From Eledone cirrhosa (lineage: Eukaryota), in contig OZ024741.1 in the NCBI GenBank assembly GCA_964016885.1, positions 132,990,001-133,054,000 of the forward strand: DNA of 64,000 bases. Direction: 5' to 3'. How positions within the stretch are numbered: the stretch's first letter is position 1; each line of letters starts with the position of its first letter. The notes under the pieces are model-generated. The model was not told where the DNA came from. It did not search any database and saw only the letters and a program-made list of their open reading frames with translations. Shown here piece by piece: positions 1 through 12,879 of this stretch. A program made the position numbers and the translations under genes.

Positions 1-252
1 CCTTAAGAATCAAGTTACAATAGGGGTGTTGTTTTTTTTTGGGGGTGGGGTGGGGGGGGGGGTGGGGGGGGGGGTTATAAAAAGAAAATAACTGCCCCAA
101 AATATTTCTATATTGTCATTCAGATTATAATTAAAGAGTTTTCTACAATAGATCCAGTTTCAAATCTAATTGTACTTGAAGGACTATTCCTCCCTGCAGT
201 TCCCTTCAAATTCAGTTCATAGAACACTTACATTTTTCATGGTCAAGTGTTC

Positions 253-476
253 TTTAATTCTTAACATCCTATAATGATTTAGCAGAAAATATCTAAAATT
301 GGGCTTATTAATTCAAATGTTTTAATATATTTCCTAATGGAGAGATTGTCGAAAAATCTGCAGTTTCAGAGTAAAAACTTTAATATTTGATATGATGCAG
401 TCATAGTGCTGTTTTGTATTTTTCGAGAATGTCTTGTTAATGTGGTTTCCATGTGGTAGGGGACGTTAAGGGTTAA
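253..476. mobile_element. TTAA-bounded non-autonomous DNA element (MITE), family C
   Basis: Ends TTAATTCTTAACATCC...GGACGTTAAGGGTTAA form imperfect TIRs with TTAA; a diverged second copy lies at ~29812-30027. Confidence 0.6.
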
Positions 477-2090
477 AATAAGAACTATATTCACTTTCAC
501 ACTAATAATTCAACGATACTAGTTACCTTATTCTACACAAATGTCTACATTTTGACACACATACATTAAAATGAGATTTCAAAGACCATGTATATTAAAA
601 TGAAAAACTAAGTGATTTCACTAGTTCTTTCTTGATACTTTTTTCAAAACCAAATTAATAATTCCTTTTTGTATGTCACCTTGTACAATATAAACTCTAA
701 ATTGCTGATAAATGAACAATAGTATTGATATATTAGCAGAACACTAGCCAGTCATGATATATCTGTTGTGTCACTTTACCTGATTTTACATTATTCCCCT
801 ATGCCGCAAACACCCTACCTCCACCCAACCCATACAAGATAATAGAACATGGATGAAAATCACTCTTGCAGGGTCAATATGAACCACTTAAATAGATGTT
901 ATGAAAACATTGTTGATACCAGCTAATGCAGAACTGTTTTCTAACTTTAAATGACAATCTATTCTTAGTTTATGTTTAAACAGCTGTATTGTTACAATAA
1001 TTCATTCAGTTGGTGCTAGATAATAAAGCATTTTAAGAAAACAATAGAAGTAATTGCCATTGCTCAAGGCAGAAATCATTTGGAATTTATTAAGCTAATG
1101 CAGGGCTGGTTTGAGTTGTTGACATATAATAAATACAGCTAAAATCTGTTGAACAAACACACCCAGTAGCAAGATTTAGTTGATGGAAATTTTAGAACCA
1201 CACAAATCTTTGAGGCAGGTGCCATGACCCAGTATTTGATATTCTCTGAGTTTAAGAAGCATTTGTAATATAATGGCTACTTTGAACATTGTGTAAGTGT
1301 TTTAAGTCTTTTAACCATCATTTACCATGTAAGCACATGTAGTATTTGATGCAATATGTAAACACTGCACAAAATTATAGATTTAGAACGGCACAAACAG
1401 CAGTCAACTGCTTGTTAGAAGAAGGATTAATTTAGCCAGATTGTGTGTGTGTGTGGGGGGGGGGGGGGGGGCATTATTTGAGACCTGAGAGTATATGTTT
1501 AACTAAAGGACAATCATCTAGCCAACCATATGAAGATATACTATTCAAATTTAACAAAGGATTGAGACATAATTAGTGTAATTAATAGACATACATCATT
1601 GTTGAAGAAAGCTTCTTTCTCTAAATGTGTCATAATCTCCCACACATCCCCACCAATAGGGTCATCTTCCAAAAAGGACCTCTTAACTCAGTTGGTCTCC
1701 ACTACACCAAGAGGAAGATCAATTCTTTCATTTATCAGATGGTTGTAAATGACTAATACAAATCATATTGTCACAGCAAATGATATTGATTTGTCCACTG
1801 AGATGGCCTCGTCATCACAATAGATATTAACTCCCCCCACAATCCCAACCCACACATATGCAAATATATCTGAAGTAGATGTTAATATGAAAACAAAAAA
1901 AAAAATCTTGTCATGTGAAATATCAAGTGTGGGTGGAAGTGTTGATATAAATTAGATTGACAATTCTGATGATTTAATGGTAATTTATTAAGATGATTAG
2001 ATAATAAATTAATCTGTAATTACTATTCTGTCAGAACATGTTTCACAGTCTATGTAGTTAGAATGAATAAACTGCAGTCATTTAAATTTA

Positions 2091-2170
2091 TACACACACA
2101 CACACATACATACATACATACATACATACATACATACATACATACATACATACATACATACATACGCACA
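2091..2170. repeat. (CA)n/(TACA)n microsatellite
   Basis: Directly visible. Confidence 0.95.
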
Positions 2171-3629
2171 TAGAAAAACAAACAGCCATCAATATCTAAT
2201 AGGCTCTATATGTATCTAGATTGATGATGAAGTACATGTATTCTATACACATATAGTCTATATATTAAAGAATATTTAAATAATAATGGCATGGGAGAGA
2301 AAGACAACACAATGTGTGGGAAAGTGAAATAATTTGATACATCTATACCTGTTACACTAGAAATTTGTTGGGTTTTTTTTAAACTGTTTCACACCTATTT
2401 TACAGTGTTCTATATTTTAGAAAAGCATTTGTTGTTACAGCTGAATGCCATTCCTAAAATCAACCACAAAGCAGAACAAACGTGGATTTTTTTTTTAACC
2501 TGTTAGTCAAGCATGCTGAAGAAAAGCTATGTATCTTGCTCATGAACAAAACACAAATGACCAGTTCTTTTACTTAGCAGTCCTCATGGTGAATACATTC
2601 AAGGGATATTGTTATTGTTGGTAATGGGTCAACCCTGATGAAGCAGCCCTACAATTTAAGATGCTCTAGCAATCACCATTCCATGTTATTAATGTATCCA
2701 GGACTTTTTAAAAAAGAAATTAGAGTATTATTTGAGTGACCTTTAGCTGCTATACCAAGAAGTTTCAACAAACCTCCTAGACGCTCCCATATTGTTTTGT
2801 TTAATGCATGTTGCTATCTTGTTTTAATCCTTTTGATACCAAACTGACCCCGGTTCCACAATAGGAAACTTTTTTGTCTTAAAGTGTTTATAATTATCTT
2901 TAAAAAAAAACTATAATTTTATGTAAGAACCTTTATGTTCTAAACACCAACTTAATAAGAACAAAGGTATATTACTAAACCATTACAAATTGTTGATTAT
3001 TTTTTTTAACTATTTGAAAATCATAGATAGTTTCTTTTATTAGATATACTAACAGAAAAACCACCCTCCGGGCAGTTTTCTGCTAGCATGTGTAGTGTGC
3101 ATATTGATATTATACACAAAATGAAAAGTAAATTGACAATATGCACAGAAATTAAAGAGAGACTGTGTCACACTCTCTTCTGTAATCAGTAGAGTAATGC
3201 ATGATACATTTAAAAAAGACAATAATATATATAAACTGTATTACAGCGAACTGTTATGAGAGAAAATAAGATTAGCAATGGAAATATAAACGTTATGATA
3301 TAACGATGCAAATATATGAACGTTTATATATAATTATATATAAGCGATGTGGTATAGAGATGAAAATATAGCATATAGTGAAGTGTTACGATATAACGGA
3401 CGCTAATGGAAGTGTTGACATTTGAAAATTTTAAAAGTGAATCTTGAAATAAACAATACACTATATATAAGAATATTTATGTTTAATCAAGAGCTAAGAA
3501 ATTTAGTAGATAAATTACATAATATTCATTCATGGTTTATTCAAAGTAATCCAACTTATTTTAATAAGGTGTTCAGAAAAAAATAACCCTGACACAGTCT
3601 CACAGTTCTCCAATCATTATATATAATTA

Positions 3630-3762
3630 CGGCCCTTTCCATTCTGAGTTCAAATCCCGCCGAGGTCAACTTTGCCTTTCATCCTTACGGGGTCGATAAA
3701 ATAAAGTACCAGTAATGTACTGGGTAATTGCTGGCCTTGTGCCAAAAGTAGAAACAATTATA
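3630..3762 (+). mobile_element. tRNA-derived SINE family A (MetaSINE-like core), 5'-truncated
   Basis: B-box GAGTTCAAATCC, core GGTCAACTTTGCCTTTCATCCTTACGGGGTCGATAAAATAAAGTACC, tail GGCCTTGTGCCAAAAGTAGAAACAATTA. About 20 related copies occur in the window. Confidence 0.85.
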
Positions 3763-4139
3763 TATAAGATGGTAAAGAAAGGATTGAACTTTAAAGCAAC
3801 TAATTTTCTACTGATGTCAAGTGGAACTTAGTCTAAAATACTTGCTATAAATATCCTTATAAATGAATACATTAGCAAGCTTGTATTCTCTACCACTTAA
3901 GTTAAACCTTTTGTGACCATATTTCTAACAAAAATATACCTTGTGTTTTAATTATCAAGGCAATAAATAATAATGAAAGGTTTAGTGAAATAATTCCAAC
4001 TTAATAATACAAAACAAATATTTAACTGCTGAAATCTAATATTATCTTGTTATAGTGAGGTTTCAGTCCAAGAATTACAATTAAATTTGGACATTTAATA
4101 GAGCTGATTTAGGCTGGGTCTATGATTAAAGGGTTAACA

Positions 4140-4445
4140 AATGGTATGATGTGATCCTGTAATTCCTGATGGAGTCATAGTAGAACTGCAGTGATATACA
4201 GCATTTTTGAGGCATTTTCTAAAAGCCTGCTACCAGAGAAGATTAGAAAGTGAAAGAGAGGAAGTGATAAAGAGATATAAAGGAAGAATGGACCCCAGTA
4301 CTAGACTAGTACTTTTTTTACCAACCTCGAAAGGATAAAAAGCAAAGTTGACCTAGGTGGGATTTTAACTCAAGAGAGCAGAGAGCCAGAACAAATATCA
4401 CAACACATTCTATTGGATGTTCTATCGACTCTGCCAATTTGCCAC
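4140..4445 (-). mobile_element. SINE family A variant with alternative long tail
   Basis: Family A head/core at ~4290-4445 joined to a tail shared with ~28435-28720, ~32540-32855 and ~52740-53070. Confidence 0.6.
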
Positions 4446-5404
4446 TGATATGATTAACAAATAGAAGGATACAAAACAAAGATGATGACTAAGTCTGGGT
4501 AACACCATTTCAAATCTGTCTGCTGGGACCAAATCAAGTTCAGAACATCAGAGAAGCAGAACAACTGTGACAACCTTTCATTGGCAGTGGCATGTTTATG
4601 TCATGCTGCTATTGGATGGATGGATACACACACATATAGATATAAGGGCATTTGTATTCAATGCATGCTTGCATGCACACATACACGCCCGCACACGCAC
4701 ACCCACATGCATTTGTTTTCAATGATTATTTTTAAACAAAAGAAACAAAATAAGGATAAATAATTTTTTTTTCTTTAAAGTCAGCTAGAGCAGAATACTT
4801 TGGACCTCCTGCTGTAAACATGAAAGAAAATGGCTAAAAGTAAAATGACTTTACCATCTGAAAGCAAATTTCATTCCATGATTACTGACAAATAATTTCT
4901 TTATTGGCCACAAGGGCCGAAACATGAAGGACAATAGAAAAACATTGAGGGGGGGGGGGGGGGGGGGGGGCACATAAACTAACCATAATATATAACAATA
5001 AAATTCCCCAATAGGGGGGAGGACCACCCAGGGGTGACTTAATAAGGAATTGTGAGAAAATGCTATAAATAAAAGCCATCTAGAAGATAAGAAAGGAAGT
5101 AAATGATTGCACAGTAAGATATGTTCAGTATTTTAAAATTATCATCACATATAGCATACTTAGTGTTTGCAGCACATGATAATGTATTGAGTGCACACAA
5201 TACCACTTTTTATTTGACTTAAGGCTACATGTTTAAGATTAACAGAAGCTTAAAATAGCCAATATCTATGACAGAAAAAAATGACATCTCTGCAAGAATT
5301 ATGAACATTTATTTATTTCCCTAAACTAAACTTAAGAAAGAAAGAGCAGACAGAAATTAAAAGAAAGAATGGAATTTCCAAAATTCCTTTGCATTGCATA
5401 TTTT

Positions 5405-5752
5405 AAGTTTACATATACACATCTAAACCTAAGTATATATATATATACACGGACATATCCATATGTCCTACATATATATAAGTGTTTATGTATGTTTACA
5501 TTCATGTCCATATGTCCGTCTACATACATCCTTATGTGTATATATGTATGTTTACATATACATACGTCTACATACATCTAAATATGTGTATATGTATGTT
5601 TACATGTACATACATCTATATACACTCATATATGAGTATAAGTATTTTTAATACACATACGTCTACATACATATATATATCTACATATATCCATATATAT
5701 GTGTATATATACATATATCTACATAACCATATACATATATCTACATACAACC

Positions 5753-5810
<58 letters not shown>

Positions 5811-5885
5811 CATATCCAGACATCCGTCTACATACACCCATACATGTGTATAAGTATGTTTACATGTCCATCTACATAGGTATAT
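5405..5885. repeat. Degenerate TA/TACA low-complexity tract with a pure (TA)n core at ~5764-5807
   Basis: Directly visible; source of the spurious Y/I/H/T-rich ORFs. Confidence 0.9.
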
Positions 5886-6428
5886 ATGATCTCCCAGTCC
5901 ACACTGTAAACGTGGTTGGTGTTAGGAAGGGCATCCAGCCGTAGAGAACCTGGCAGACAGTCCTATATGAGCGAGACAACCAATCTTGCCTCAAGTGGGA
6001 CGATTCCCGTCTAAACCCATGCTAGCATGGAAGATAGCCGTTAAACGATGATGATGATGATGATTGTTTACATGTACATATGTCTACATACATCCATATA
6101 AGTGTATATATATATATGTTTACATACATGTACATATGTCTGTCTACATACATCTATCATCATCGTCATTTTAATAGCTGCTTTCCCTACTAGTAAGGCC
6201 ATATATATGTATGTTTATACAGATATACAAATGTCTGTCGACATACATCCATATATGTGTGTATTATTTTATTTCCCTTTATCAACATTTTCAATTCTGA
6301 AAATGTGAATTATTAAATCTACCTAGGAAAATAAATATGTTTTCCTATAAGAAAAGAGCAGTCTAAAATATCAACACAAGTTGGAAGAAAGTAGAGTCTA
6401 TTCTATCAACTCAAAACACTTTCTTATA

Positions 6429-6625
6429 CCAGACCAAGGAAAATATATTTCCATTGGTCTTTTCATGTTTAATTAATAGTCAGTAAAGCTTCAGGTAACC
6501 AGACCAAGAAAACTATATTTCCGTTGGTCTTTCCACGTTGAATTGATACAGTTAGTAGAGAATCAAATAACCCGACCAAGGAAACTATATTTCCATTAGT
6601 CTTTCCATATTGAATTGACAGAGTT
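6429..6625. repeat. ~70-72 bp tandem repeat, 3 units
   Basis: CCAGACCAAGGAAA.TATATTTCC.TTGGTCTTT recurs at 6429, 6499 and ~6571. Confidence 0.85.
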
Positions 6626-6914
6626 CTCTGTGCTCTGAGTTCAAATCCTGCCACGGTCAATTTTTCCTTTCACACTTTCAGGGTAATAAAGTACCAGTCC
6701 AGGGACAGTTGTTGATACAATTGTTAAAAAGTCATACAAGATAATATTACTATATATAAAGATATGAGATGGGATGGCTGATGGATAGAGAAAATAAATT
6801 TGGGCTCCAGGGTTTAGATGTTTCAGATAGTTTCTTGTGTATTTAAGATATTCATATTCACACTACATTGAGTTCTAACAGTTATAAGTCCTACTTTAAT
6901 TGGATAGAATATTC

Positions 6915-7152
6915 ATGTGTGGGTGTGTGTGTGCGTGTGTGTGGGTGTGGGTATATAAATACACACACATACATACATACATATATATATATACATACAT
7001 ACACACACATATACACACATAAACATACATACATACATACATACATACATACATACATACACACACATACATACTCACATATACATACACACATATATAC
7101 ATACACACACGCATACACACATACATACACATACATATACATATATATATAT
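6915..7152. repeat. Compound (TG)n/(TACA)n microsatellite
   Basis: Directly visible. Confidence 0.95.
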
Positions 7153-8125
7153 TAGCATTATATATTTTAAAATATGCTTGCTCTAGCTAATACTATTTTT
7201 ATTTTTTATCATCTGTTTGGAAGGAAGTATTACATGTTAGAATGTGAGACAAGTACCCTTTAGAGCAGTTGAATAATAAGACTATGGGTGGGGAAAGGGA
7301 GAAAAGACAAACAGGAATGTATATCTGGGTAGAATGTATAAATAAATATGTATATTGCATTCTCTCAACAAACCACTGAAGTATGACTTATAATCAATCT
7401 ACTCTCTAGCTCTAAAATAATGTCTGTCATGACCCCAGAGGCACATCAAGCTAGTGCTTATACTGGTTTCCATGGCATGAAGCGACAGAGTACAAGACAC
7501 CCCTTGGATAGGACACCAGTCCATCATACAGTTGAATCCCCAGCAATTGCTAGTATTCATTTTCAGCTGAGTATACTGGACCAACAAACAAACAAGCCAG
7601 TCCAGAAATCAAACCCATGACATTATGATCATAAGTCCAACACCCTTACCACTAGGCCATGCACTTTCACTACTATAAATAAACACAACTGCTCTGCTGA
7701 TTAACGAGAGGGAAAACAGTCAGAAATCTCCAGCCAATTCCTTAACTTGTTTTCCCTGCTAACAAGGGTTGGATGGGTTTCAATAGGCCTGGTCAGTACT
7801 GAATCAGAGATAGTTGACCTCTCAGATGGGATTGGTGGGAGGGGGTCTGCATTTTGTTGACATATGTTCCTGCACTCTGCCAAGTGTTCAGACAGGCCAA
7901 TGGCTTATATCACATACAATCCCAGGCTCTTCTCTGTATCAGTTTTTATTCTGAGTGACTGCTCTCCTAGATTGGTTGCCTTCACTCATCACACTGAACA
8001 ACTGTAGGTGCACTATTCTCTATTATTAATAAAACTGTCTTTATTCTATGACCTATGTCATTTAACACTTTTGTTACAAAACTGCCTGAAACTGCTCCAG
8101 GTTCTATGTTGTTATGCTATTTGTT

Positions 8126-8527
8126 TTAACCCTTTTTTTTACCAACCCACCCAAAACTGCCTATGGTTCCATGAAACAAAACCACCTATTTTAAAGGGCT
8201 TCTATTTAAATTAAAACCTTCCAACATAATTTTACTTCTGTTCAGCTATGTTACAAATACCCGCTTAATAATGAAATAATTAATAATTTTACTAAATCCC
8301 TGCAAATTCTTCAATAACTAATTTAAATCAATGTATTTCATTAAAAATATAGTGATGAAAGTATTATTTATCTAAAAACCTTCCATCATAATTGTATGTA
8401 AGAACATTTGTTATGTTTCAAACACTGCTGTAATAATGAAAAAGTTGGTTATATTATTAAATCCTTCCAAAAATGTTTAAATAATAGGTTGTGTCTTTCA
8501 TGAGAAATATGGTAATAAAAAGGTTAA
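8126..8527. mobile_element. TTAA-flanked piggyBac-like MITE, family A
   Basis: TTAACCCTTTT..ACC ... GGT.ATAAAAAGGTTAA. Related copies or fragments at ~2822, ~13640-13861, ~14760-14850, ~22905, 34388-39167, ~41605, ~47700-47833, 53182-53425 and ~62477-62854. Confidence 0.7.
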
Positions 8528-10280
8528 TAAAGTTTGCAAATTTGAACAATTTTTTTTCTATGATAAGGAGACATACCAATCATGTTTTTCCATGGAATAT
8601 GAAATTATTCAAATTTTGAAATTCTATCTTTATATTCTACTTGCATTTCATTAACCCCAGAAGAACAAGAGTGCCAAATCATTTATGTCAATATTGGAAT
8701 TTATATCTTGAATATTTAATCCAAATCAACACTTCCTAGCTTGCTCCTACACACTTCCAGTTAAGAATGATTTTTACTTAAGAAATAATAAAATACATCA
8801 AGTCCTTGCTGCAATATAACTTGCAATGGGAAGTGCATCCACACACACAGCAACAATAAAGATGGGTTGACTTTTCTATTGCAATGTATGCGATATGACA
8901 AAAGAACAAGTGGTGTGATGACTCGAGACCAGTACAACCTATGCCTACATGGAAAAACAAACATGATGATGATGTCAGTAGCCACTAACTAGCAAGATTT
9001 ATTTGCCTACTTAATAGTTGTTCTTGCCACTTATATACATAATATAGAAGTTATTTTGCCAGGTTTAAAATACAGTGACAATTGACAAAGCAAGTTCTAA
9101 ATTCAGCAAAAAACTTTTCAAGGAAAACCTTTCATTCAAGAAGCAATTAATTTTAAGTTGAAGAGGAGTGAAAACAATCAATTAGATTGTTTTTATAGTT
9201 ACATAAGTGAAATTAAAGACCAGTGTTAGAACAGTTAATATTCTGTCTACAAACACAACCACCTTTGTAGTCATCCAATTCAGAAATTTACTCTATCTGT
9301 TGTTATAAGAAAAAGCTGAATCAAACTGACACAGGATCACAACAAAAATTAAACTGCTTCTTCTAACTTAGGCTAATTCTTACCACAATAAAAGGTTTTG
9401 TAGATCTAGCACATTCTTTTAGTTTCTATACTGCTAGGACACTCACTGAAATATTGCAGGTAGTCTTCTCACAGCTATATAGCAATCATGTAGGTTGTGC
9501 TGGTGACACGATAAAAAAACACCCAGTCCACACTATAACATGGTTGGTGTAGAAACCAAGCCAAAATACAAAATCCATATGAGCATGACATGGTCTCCGA
9601 ACCTGACTTGTCTCATAACATAACAACTCGTCAAACCCATGCAAGCATGGAAAATAGATGTTAAAAGATGATGATGATGATGATGTAATCATCATAATCA
9701 TCATCACCATTTAACATCTATTTTCCATGCTAGCATCGGTTAGACAGATTGTCATGTACTAAGGCTAGACTGGTCAGGTGACTGTGTCTTGCTCAAACGA
9801 TCCATTTTTGGCTTGATTGCTATGAATGGATGACCATCCTCACAAACTACTTTACAGTGTGTGCTGGGAGCATTTTATTGTGACTCCATGTTTCACTTCC
9901 ATAAGTCATCACTGGGGTCTCATACAGAAGCTCCTAATTAATGTCATCTTTTGATTGGGTAAAAGTGTATTTCGTGGACATATAATGCATCACGGACATA
10001 ACACAACATTTACTCATTAGACTGGAGATGTTAACTATTGCCAATACTTTCATCTTTGCTCCAGTAATTCATTTTTCTTGGCAACTACCACATTTGCATG
10101 AATACATTAATGGCAACAAACATTTGCATTCATTTAAGCAGGTGGGCACCCCACCAATTTATTGTCATTCTTCATCTGTTTCAATTGTTTTCACATATTG
10201 ATTTGTTCCAGGCAACACCATCTCCAAAATTGTTCGAGGAATAAATTTGAAAGAAAATATATATATATATATATATATAT

Positions 10281-10705
10281 CATCATCATTTTACATCCGC
10301 TTTTCCCTGCTTGCAAGGGTGGGACGGGAACTGATTCTGGCTTGATTTCTACAGCTGGATGCCCTTCCTAACACCAACCTCATTTACAGTGAGTGCTGGG
10401 TGCTTTTTTGCCGTGGCGCCTACACGTCCACTTTACAGTGTGGGCTGGGTGCTTTTTTCCATGGCGCCTACACGTCCACTTTACAGTGTGGGCTGGGTGC
10501 TTTTTTGCCGTGGCACCTCCACGACTACTTTGCAGTGGAATGATAGGGACTCCAGTCCAATCATCTCATTTCTACAGCTGAGTAAACTGGAGCAATGTGA
10601 AATAAAGTGTCTTGCTCAAGGAAACAACACATCACCCGGTCTGAGAATTGAACTCACAAACTTTCGATTGCAAGCCCAATGCTCTAACCACTAAGCCATG
10701 CACCT
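10281..10705 (-). mobile_element. tRNA-derived SINE family B, full length
   Basis: Minus strand reads A-box TGGCTTAGTGGTTAGAGC, B-box GAGTTCAATTCTC, core TCCTTGAGCAAGACACTT, internal ~47 bp repeats and an RTE-like tail ending in (ATG)n. Near-identical to 27741-28137. Confidence 0.88.
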
Positions 10706-10724
10706 TCATATATATATATATTCC

Positions 10725-10817
10725 TGTGTGTGTGTGTGTGTGGTGTGTGGTGTGTGGTGTGTGGTGTGTGGTGTGTGGTGTGTGTGTGTGGTGTGTGGTG
10801 TGTGGTGTGTGGTGTGT

Positions 10818-10888
<71 letters not shown>
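10725..10888. repeat. (TGTGG)n/(TG)n compound microsatellite
   Basis: Directly visible. Confidence 0.95.
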
Positions 10889-10890
<2 letters not shown>

Positions 10891-11199
10891 CTGTTCTGTT
10901 GTTAAAATAACTGGCAGTCATTGTCAGAACCAATGAAGAACCAACACACACACATACATACACACAATCTACACACACACACATCTTCACATACACACAG
11001 ATACAGTGCTGTGGATTCTATTTTCAGTTTCATAGTCTAACAAATCAATATCAGATTCTTGACAGTCACTGATGAAAGTATTTCCTTCAATTTCACCTTC
11101 AGTAAAACTTTCTTCAAAGTTATATTCAATTCGAGATTATTAGATCTGATGATGAAATGTATAGATTTTTTGCTTGTTTCATGATAAATTACACTTGGC

Positions 11200-11900
11200 C
11201 AACTTAGTAAAGTAGTAGTATTGGCACTACAATAAAAACATCCAGTAAACTCTGATAATGCTAATGACATGACAAAAAACATCCAATCCACCTTGCAAGG
11301 TGGTTATGCTGGTGCCACTATAAAAAGGACCCACTCCACCCTCTAAGGTGGTAATGTTGATACAACTATAAAAAAAGCAAATGGCCTACCCTGTTAAGTA
11401 GTAGTGCTGGTATAAAAAGTACGCAGTCCACCCTGCAGGTGATAGTGCTGGTGCCACGATAAGAAGCATCTGGCCAACCCTGTTAAGTAGTTGTGCTAGT
11501 GCCACGATAAAAAGTACCCAGCCCACCTTGTGAGGCCGTAGTACTGGCACCATGACGAAAGCACCCAGCCCACCCTGTAAGGTGATAGTACTGGTGCCAT
11601 GGTAAAAAGCACCCTGACCACCTTGTAAGGTGGTAATGTCGGCACAACAATAAAAAGCACTCACCCAACCTGTAAAGTAGTAGTACTGCTGCCATGATAT
11701 CAAGCACACGGTACATCCTGCAGGGTAGCAGCGGTCATGCTACAGTAAAATGCTTCCAGTACATAACTAAAGTGGTTATCGTTAGAAAGGGCATCCAGTC
11801 ATTGAATCCATGCCAAAAACATCTGACCAGTCTAGCCCCAGAACATGACAACCCATCAAACCCATGCAGGCAGGGAAAATAGACATTAAACAGTTATGAT
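11200..11900 (+). repeat. Minisatellite of ~46 bp units derived from the SINE-B internal repeat, followed by the SINE-B tail
   Basis: About 12 diverged copies of GGTGCCACGATAAAAAGCACCCAGCCCACCCTGTAAGGTGGTAGT, then GTTAGAAAGGGCATCCAG...AACCCATGC. Confidence 0.8.
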
Positions 11901-12757
11901 AATGTTAATAACGTATGTAGGCAGGAGTGGGAGAAAATTAGTTTATAGGAGCTTTTACAAAGACTATGTTGGAGGTGAAGCACCTTAACCTCACAGTCAG
12001 TCAAACAGATCCTCATTTCAGTTTACAGACACTAGTGCATCACTAAAGTACTATATTACCATATATTATACTGTGGGATTGAACCTGGAACTTAATTATT
12101 ATGAAGTAAACCAGTTAACCATTCAGTCATGTTGCATCAAATTGCCCCATTGAATCACAGAATGTGCAGTATTACCTCAGACAAGATAGAAGCATAACAA
12201 AGCTGGCAAGCTGAGCTTGAGTTGTGCTCCATTTGACTGGTTAAAACTATGCCAAAAGTATGTTCCAGTAGTGGAAACCAACCCATTACTACATGTGAAT
12301 ACAAGCACTTCTGCAAGGTAGTGTTTGTTGGACCTCTGTCAGTTCCATTGACAAGTGTTCCAGTTGTTTGAACAACGAAAAAGCCTATTCAATGGTTCTT
12401 TGAATCACAGGTACAAATCATTTTTGCCAAATAAGTGGGCTGGAGAAACATAAAATAAAGTATCTTGCTCAAGGATACATGTCACTTGTTCTGGCAATCG
12501 AATCCATGACCTTACAATCATGAACCCAGTACTCTAACCACTAAACCATGCATGATGTTTTGTCTAATAGAGGGATGGCAATATTCACTAAAATTGGTAA
12601 GCTAGTGATACACTTTGTCAGCATGAATGAGAATGGTGTTCTGAGATAAAGTTTATTTTAAAAAATTCAAATAAACCAGTTTGTATGTCTAATTAAAGGG
12701 TGGTCAGTCAAGTGGCTAGCCAAAGCCTACTATACTGATACTGGACAGTGCCCTTAC

Positions 12758-12879
12758 CTTTCGAGTCAACTGAGCTCAAAACATAGCATTCAATTTCATT
12801 GTTTGAGTGATTAGAAGGAGGGGAGGGATCTGGTTGGGAAGCATGTGTTCCAATACTTCAGGACTCGAACATTGGAAAC
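12758..12879 (-). other. Candidate internal exon (122 nt), non-coding or 5'UTR-like
   Basis: Minus strand: aattttacag|GTTTCC...TCGAAAG|gtaagg. Unique sequence of higher complexity; stop codons in all three frames. Confidence 0.55.

Noticed and set aside
41-74. Poly-G runs (also ~1455, 4948, 15072, 23833, 58430) as G-quadruplex elements
   Set aside because: Homopolymer runs are common throughout the window and show no positional pattern.
6310-6345. Additional AG|GT junctions at 6322 (tag|GTAGAT), 779 (cag|GTAAAG) and 37334 (cag|GTAAGA)
   Set aside because: Weak donor or no pyrimidine tract; the last is inside the Penelope ORF.
5332-7155. Many Y/I/H/T/V/C-rich ORFs (also 10648-10996 and 34945-35645)
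   Set aside because: They are translations of TA/TACA/TG microsatellites.
11000-11150. Acidic open frame on the minus strand (IEYNFEESFTEGEIEGNTFISDCQESDIDLLDYETE)
   Set aside because: Preceded by TAA TAA, no in-frame acceptor or good donor, runs into a microsatellite.
12758-12879. Single TGA in an otherwise open frame, as a possible Sec or edited codon
   Set aside because: No SECIS, no recognisable protein, and the phase does not match the candidate first exon.
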